Notes under the pieces: model-generated
The model's input: only the letters and a program-made list of their open reading frames with translations
Told to the model about the DNA's origin: nothing
Databases searched by the model: none
Translations under genes and position numbers: made by a program
Part shown: piece after piece, positions 60,267-64,000 of the stretch
How positions within the stretch are numbered: the first letter of the stretch is position 1
Layout of the letters: each line of letters begins with the position of its first letter
Assembly (NCBI GenBank): GCA_963787835.1
Contig: CAWBEI010000003.1
Coordinates: forward strand, 128,001-192,000
Direction: 5' to 3'
DNA length: 64,000 nucleotides
Origin: Ignavibacteriota bacterium
Lineage (GTDB): Bacteria; Bacteroidota; Ignavibacteria; Palsa-1295

Positions 60267-60414
60267 GTGATTCCCGGCATCATCACAGGGGTTCTTATGC
60301 ACATTAAATTCTATCTGGTGTATTAGATGTTTGCAGAGGCGCGGTTTACCCCGCGCCTCTTTGCAATCACGCGCTGGCGGGACAATCCTTACTTCCTGCG
60401 CGTTAATAGTTGCC

Positions 60415-63400
60415 ATGCCAACTCCGAACGAACTTCGATTATTCCTATCCTCCACCTTCATCGACTTTCAGGCTGAGAGAGATTTTTTAACCAAAAAAGT
60501 TTTCCCGGGTTTACGGACTCTTTGCCGCGATCGTGGCGTGGAGTTCACGGAGATCGACCTGCGTTGGGGCCTCACGCAAGAAGATGCCGAACAAGGCCGG
60601 ATCATCGGAACGTGTCTTCAGGAGATCGATAATTGCCGGCCTTTTTTTATTGGCCTTCTTGGTGAGCGTTATGGCTGGGTTCCACCCATCGAGGAGCTTG
60701 GGAAAGATCCAGAGCTTCGGAAAGATCATCCCTGGCTTGAAACATCCTTCGGAGCGGGTCAAAGCGTAACGGAGATGGAGTTCCGGCATGGATTTCTGAA
60801 TCATGCCTCCTGGCCAGCACGTCCCCTTATCTATTTTCGCTCGTTATCCGCCGGACCTCCGGAGGAACATCAAGTAACCAATCTGAAGAACGAAGTGGTA
60901 CAGCGGCTCGGCACGGTTCCCGTCTTCAGCACGCCCGCCGAACTCGCAACCATGATCGAGAAGGATCTTATCCAACTCATCGAAACCAATTGGCCTGCCG
61001 CCGAGAAGAATTCCTGGCTCGATGAAGAGCGTGCCGGTCATGCGGCCTTTGCTCATTCCAGACGCAAGGGATATGTTGCCAATCCTTCCGTAATAGACGC
61101 GCTCAACACACAGCTCGACCAACCAGACTCAATTACGGTGGTTACAGGTGAATCGGGATCTGGAAAAAGCTCCCTACTCTCCTATTGGGCGGAAAGTCTG
61201 CGAGCCCGAGATCCTGGTCTGTTCATTATCGAGCATTACATCGGCGTAACCGCTGCCAGTACTGATCCAGACACGCTCATGCGCAGGATCGTCGAAGAGA
61301 TCAAGGAACGCATTCATTCCGACGACCCCGTTCCACAGTCTGCAACGGAGCTGGAGCAATCGTTTCCTTCGTGGCTCGGACGGATGACGGGAGAACGATT
61401 GGTGATCGTTATTGACGCGATCAATCAACTCAATCCGAATGATCGCTCTTCGCATGAAGGACGGTTCTTAGCGTGGTTGCCAGATTATCTCCAAAATAAT
61501 ATCCGATGGGTGATCTCTTCCACACAAAGTGAAGCTCTCGACCGTCTTCGAGATCGAAGCCGGATCACAGGACTTCCACTTCCGGAGATCGCCGTAACCC
61601 CTATCACCGTGCCGGAGCGGCGCAGAGTTCTACAAACATTTCTTGCCAGCTACCAAAAGAAGTTAAGCCGAAAACAGGAGGAGCAAATTGTCAACGACGA
61701 AAAATCTTCCGCCGCTCTTCCTGCGCACACTGCTTGAAGAGTTACGAGTCCAAGGCAAGCACTTTGAGTTAGACCACTATATCGCCCACTATCTTGAATC
61801 CTTCGATATTCCAGATCTCTTCTCGAGAATCCTGGAACGATTGGAATTTGATTACGGAACAGAAGAAATCCAAACGCTGCTCACCCGGATATGGGCTGCA
61901 CCGCAAGGACTTTCCGAATCGGAGATCATCGAGTCGAGTAACCTAGACAGAGCTACCCTTTCCCTCCTGCTTCACGCATTTGATTTTCACCTTATCCGCG
62001 TAAAGGGACGGTTGAGCTTTTTCCATGATTATCTTCGAACGGCCGTGGAAGGGCGCTATCTCAACCAGTCCCTGAAAAAGCAGGAAGCCTGGAAGGAACT
62101 TGCTCTCTATTTTCAGGATACCGAAGCTTCCTCGATCAAAGCGCTTTCGTTGCCGTGGCTTTTAAGTAAAGCCGAACAGTGGCATCTGCTTATGGAGGCG
62201 TTGCTCGATCTCAACCTTGTTCCGTTCATGACGGAGGGTTCCCGGTCGTACGATCTCTTAAGTTATTGGAATGCGTTGGAAAAGCGGGAAGAATCTGTTG
62301 CAGCTTCCAGAGCGAACAAGGACACCGACACATCCTCACAAGCGCATTGGCATATCGATGTCGTTGGAAAGTATGAGTCCGCTCTTACACAACATCCTGA
62401 CATGGTCGATGCTTCTAAAGAGTCCTCTCTTCGTTATGCGCTCGCCTTGTTTTTTAGGAATGCCGGATGGTATGAAGGCGCTGTCACTAATGCTGCTAAA
62501 GCGCTAGAACTAAGTGAAAGCAAGCTCCGGACTGCCGACAACCATTTATCAGACGATGCTTCCACACTCTTTTTCAAGATCGATATTTGCCTGGAACTTG
62601 GGAAAGCGTATCTCGATCGTGGCGATCTGATACATGCTTCGGAAACATTGGAAAAGGCTATGCGCTTGCTGGATCCTGACTGGACTCCCGATCAGGCCCA
62701 ACGAGCGATCAGTTCCGTTGGGCAAGCGAGTTACCCCGCTGGCTTCGAACTGCGAAGAATAAACGTGCGAAACGAATATGCACGTCTTCTGAAAGATCAG
62801 GGCAAGTATGCCGACGCGGAAGGCGTCTCTCAAATTACGTTGAATGCAGCCCAGGAGCGGTTCGGCTCCGCGCATTCAACTACACAGAACGAGATGCGGC
62901 TTCTGGCAGAGATCATGACGCTTGAAGGCAAATTTAATGAGGCGGAAGCCATGCATCGAGCACTTCTGAAAAGCGTTGAAGTCTCACTTGGGCCTGAAAG
63001 CCTTGATGTTGCGTATTACTTGAACGCTTTTGCGGATTTTTTTAAACTCCGTTCTTCTTCAATTCCTTCAACAAAGGATGGAAGGCCACAGTCTGGAGAG
63101 TATTACGAAGAGGCACAACAGCTGCTTGAAAGAGCAGTCGCGATCATCGAAAGCCGACTTGGTGAAAAACATCCAGATCTTGGCGCGCTCCTGAACAATT
63201 TTGCTGCACTTCATTCCCAAAATGGAAATTGGGAAAAAGCGGAACCACTTTTTTTACGCGGCCTGGCGATCGACGAGGTTGTCCATGGACCGGAACATCT
63301 AAGAACTGGATACAGTCTAAACAACTATGCTGTCTTCCTTTATATTCAAGGCAAATATGAACAAGCTGAAATTCCATACCGCCGGGCACTCACGATATGG

Positions 63401-63868
63401 CGCAAAGCCTTAGGTGAAGATCATCCTGGTACGGCAAATGGCTATAATAATCTGGCCAATCTTTTGAGAAAGCTGAATCGATATGAGGAAGCGGAAGAGT
63501 GCTATGCAAATGCACTCCGGATTCGATTGGCAACCATCGGCCCAGTGCATATCGAGACTGCGCGAACCTATGAGGGCTATGGCGGGCTAATGCGAACGAC
63601 GGGCAAACTCGATATGGCGGAAGACTTCCTTAACCGTTGCTACGAAGCCAGAAAACAAAGTATTGGCCCCGCAAAACACGACACAATATTTGTGGCACTC
63701 ACACTAACTGAAGTGCTTCTGGAAGAGGCAAAACCGGATGCTGCGAGAAATATCCTTGATGAAGTGATACGATTTATCGGTTCAGAAGATGCCATTCCTG
63801 ATGCACTCAAGGAAAAATTTGAGCATGTGGCGAAGCAACTCCACATGCCTACGGAGAGTGTCATCTAA
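60415..63868 (+). CDS. DUF4062 + P-loop (NACHT/AAA_16-like) + TPR protein (NPHP3/TEP1-like), frameshift near 61711
   Basis: FLSSTF.D...ER, IDLRWG, FIGLLGERYGW; GESGSGKS; IVIDAINQL; PLFLRT in the second frame; kinesin-light-chain-type TPRs (LGEDHP..A...NNLA). Confidence 0.85.
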
Positions 63869-64000
63869 TAGAAACTTTGCTTAGTACCATAGAAAATTCG
63901 GAACGGGAGACACGCGCAAGAAGTTTGAAGGCCTCACTTACCTCCTGCCCAGTGCAGAAGGTACGAACGCCGATCATTATCCTATTTTTAGCCCATGATC

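Noticed and set aside
2660-61720. Multiple frameshifts (~2676, ~21855, ~40335, ~45899, ~53798, ~61711) as programmed frameshifting or phase variation
   Set aside because: Single-base indels, mostly in short homopolymers, in unrelated and otherwise intact genes, with no shared slippery motif; most simply sequencing/assembly errors (needs a read check)

Overview
Bacterial chromosomal segment, most likely FCB group (Bacteroidota/Kapabacteria/Ignavibacteria-like). This is inferred from five proteins with T9SS-type C-terminal sorting domains, a PorT-like barrel and TAnnTTTG promoter motifs. Housekeeping genes (prs, sdhA, nagZ, an AddA/UvrD helicase-nuclease, mntH/mntR, an NtrC-type regulator, an ECF sigma factor, an ABC exporter, a GltD-like oxidoreductase) alternate with accessory blocks. 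The accessory blocks are two type II TA modules, a 19-gene ArsR/AraC cluster of SRPBCC, VOC, RibD-C, GyrI, DoxX and DUF1801 genes (22.3-33.0 kb), secreted T9SS cargo, a 1.7k-aa fibre-like protein and a DUF4062-NTPase-TPR protein. Two signals are not explained by the gene calls. (1) A ~220-230 bp non-coding element occurs twice (8333-8562 +, 43544-43760 -), with a conserved -10-like motif, alternative pairings and an outward-facing GTAG-REP hairpin, each copy at an island/core-gene border. (2) Five small gene cassettes are each bracketed by 39-105 bp direct repeats copied from neighbouring sequence, with no integrase or transposase in the window. Several single-base frameshifts suggest indel errors in the assembly. 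No rRNA, tRNA or CRISPR array was seen.
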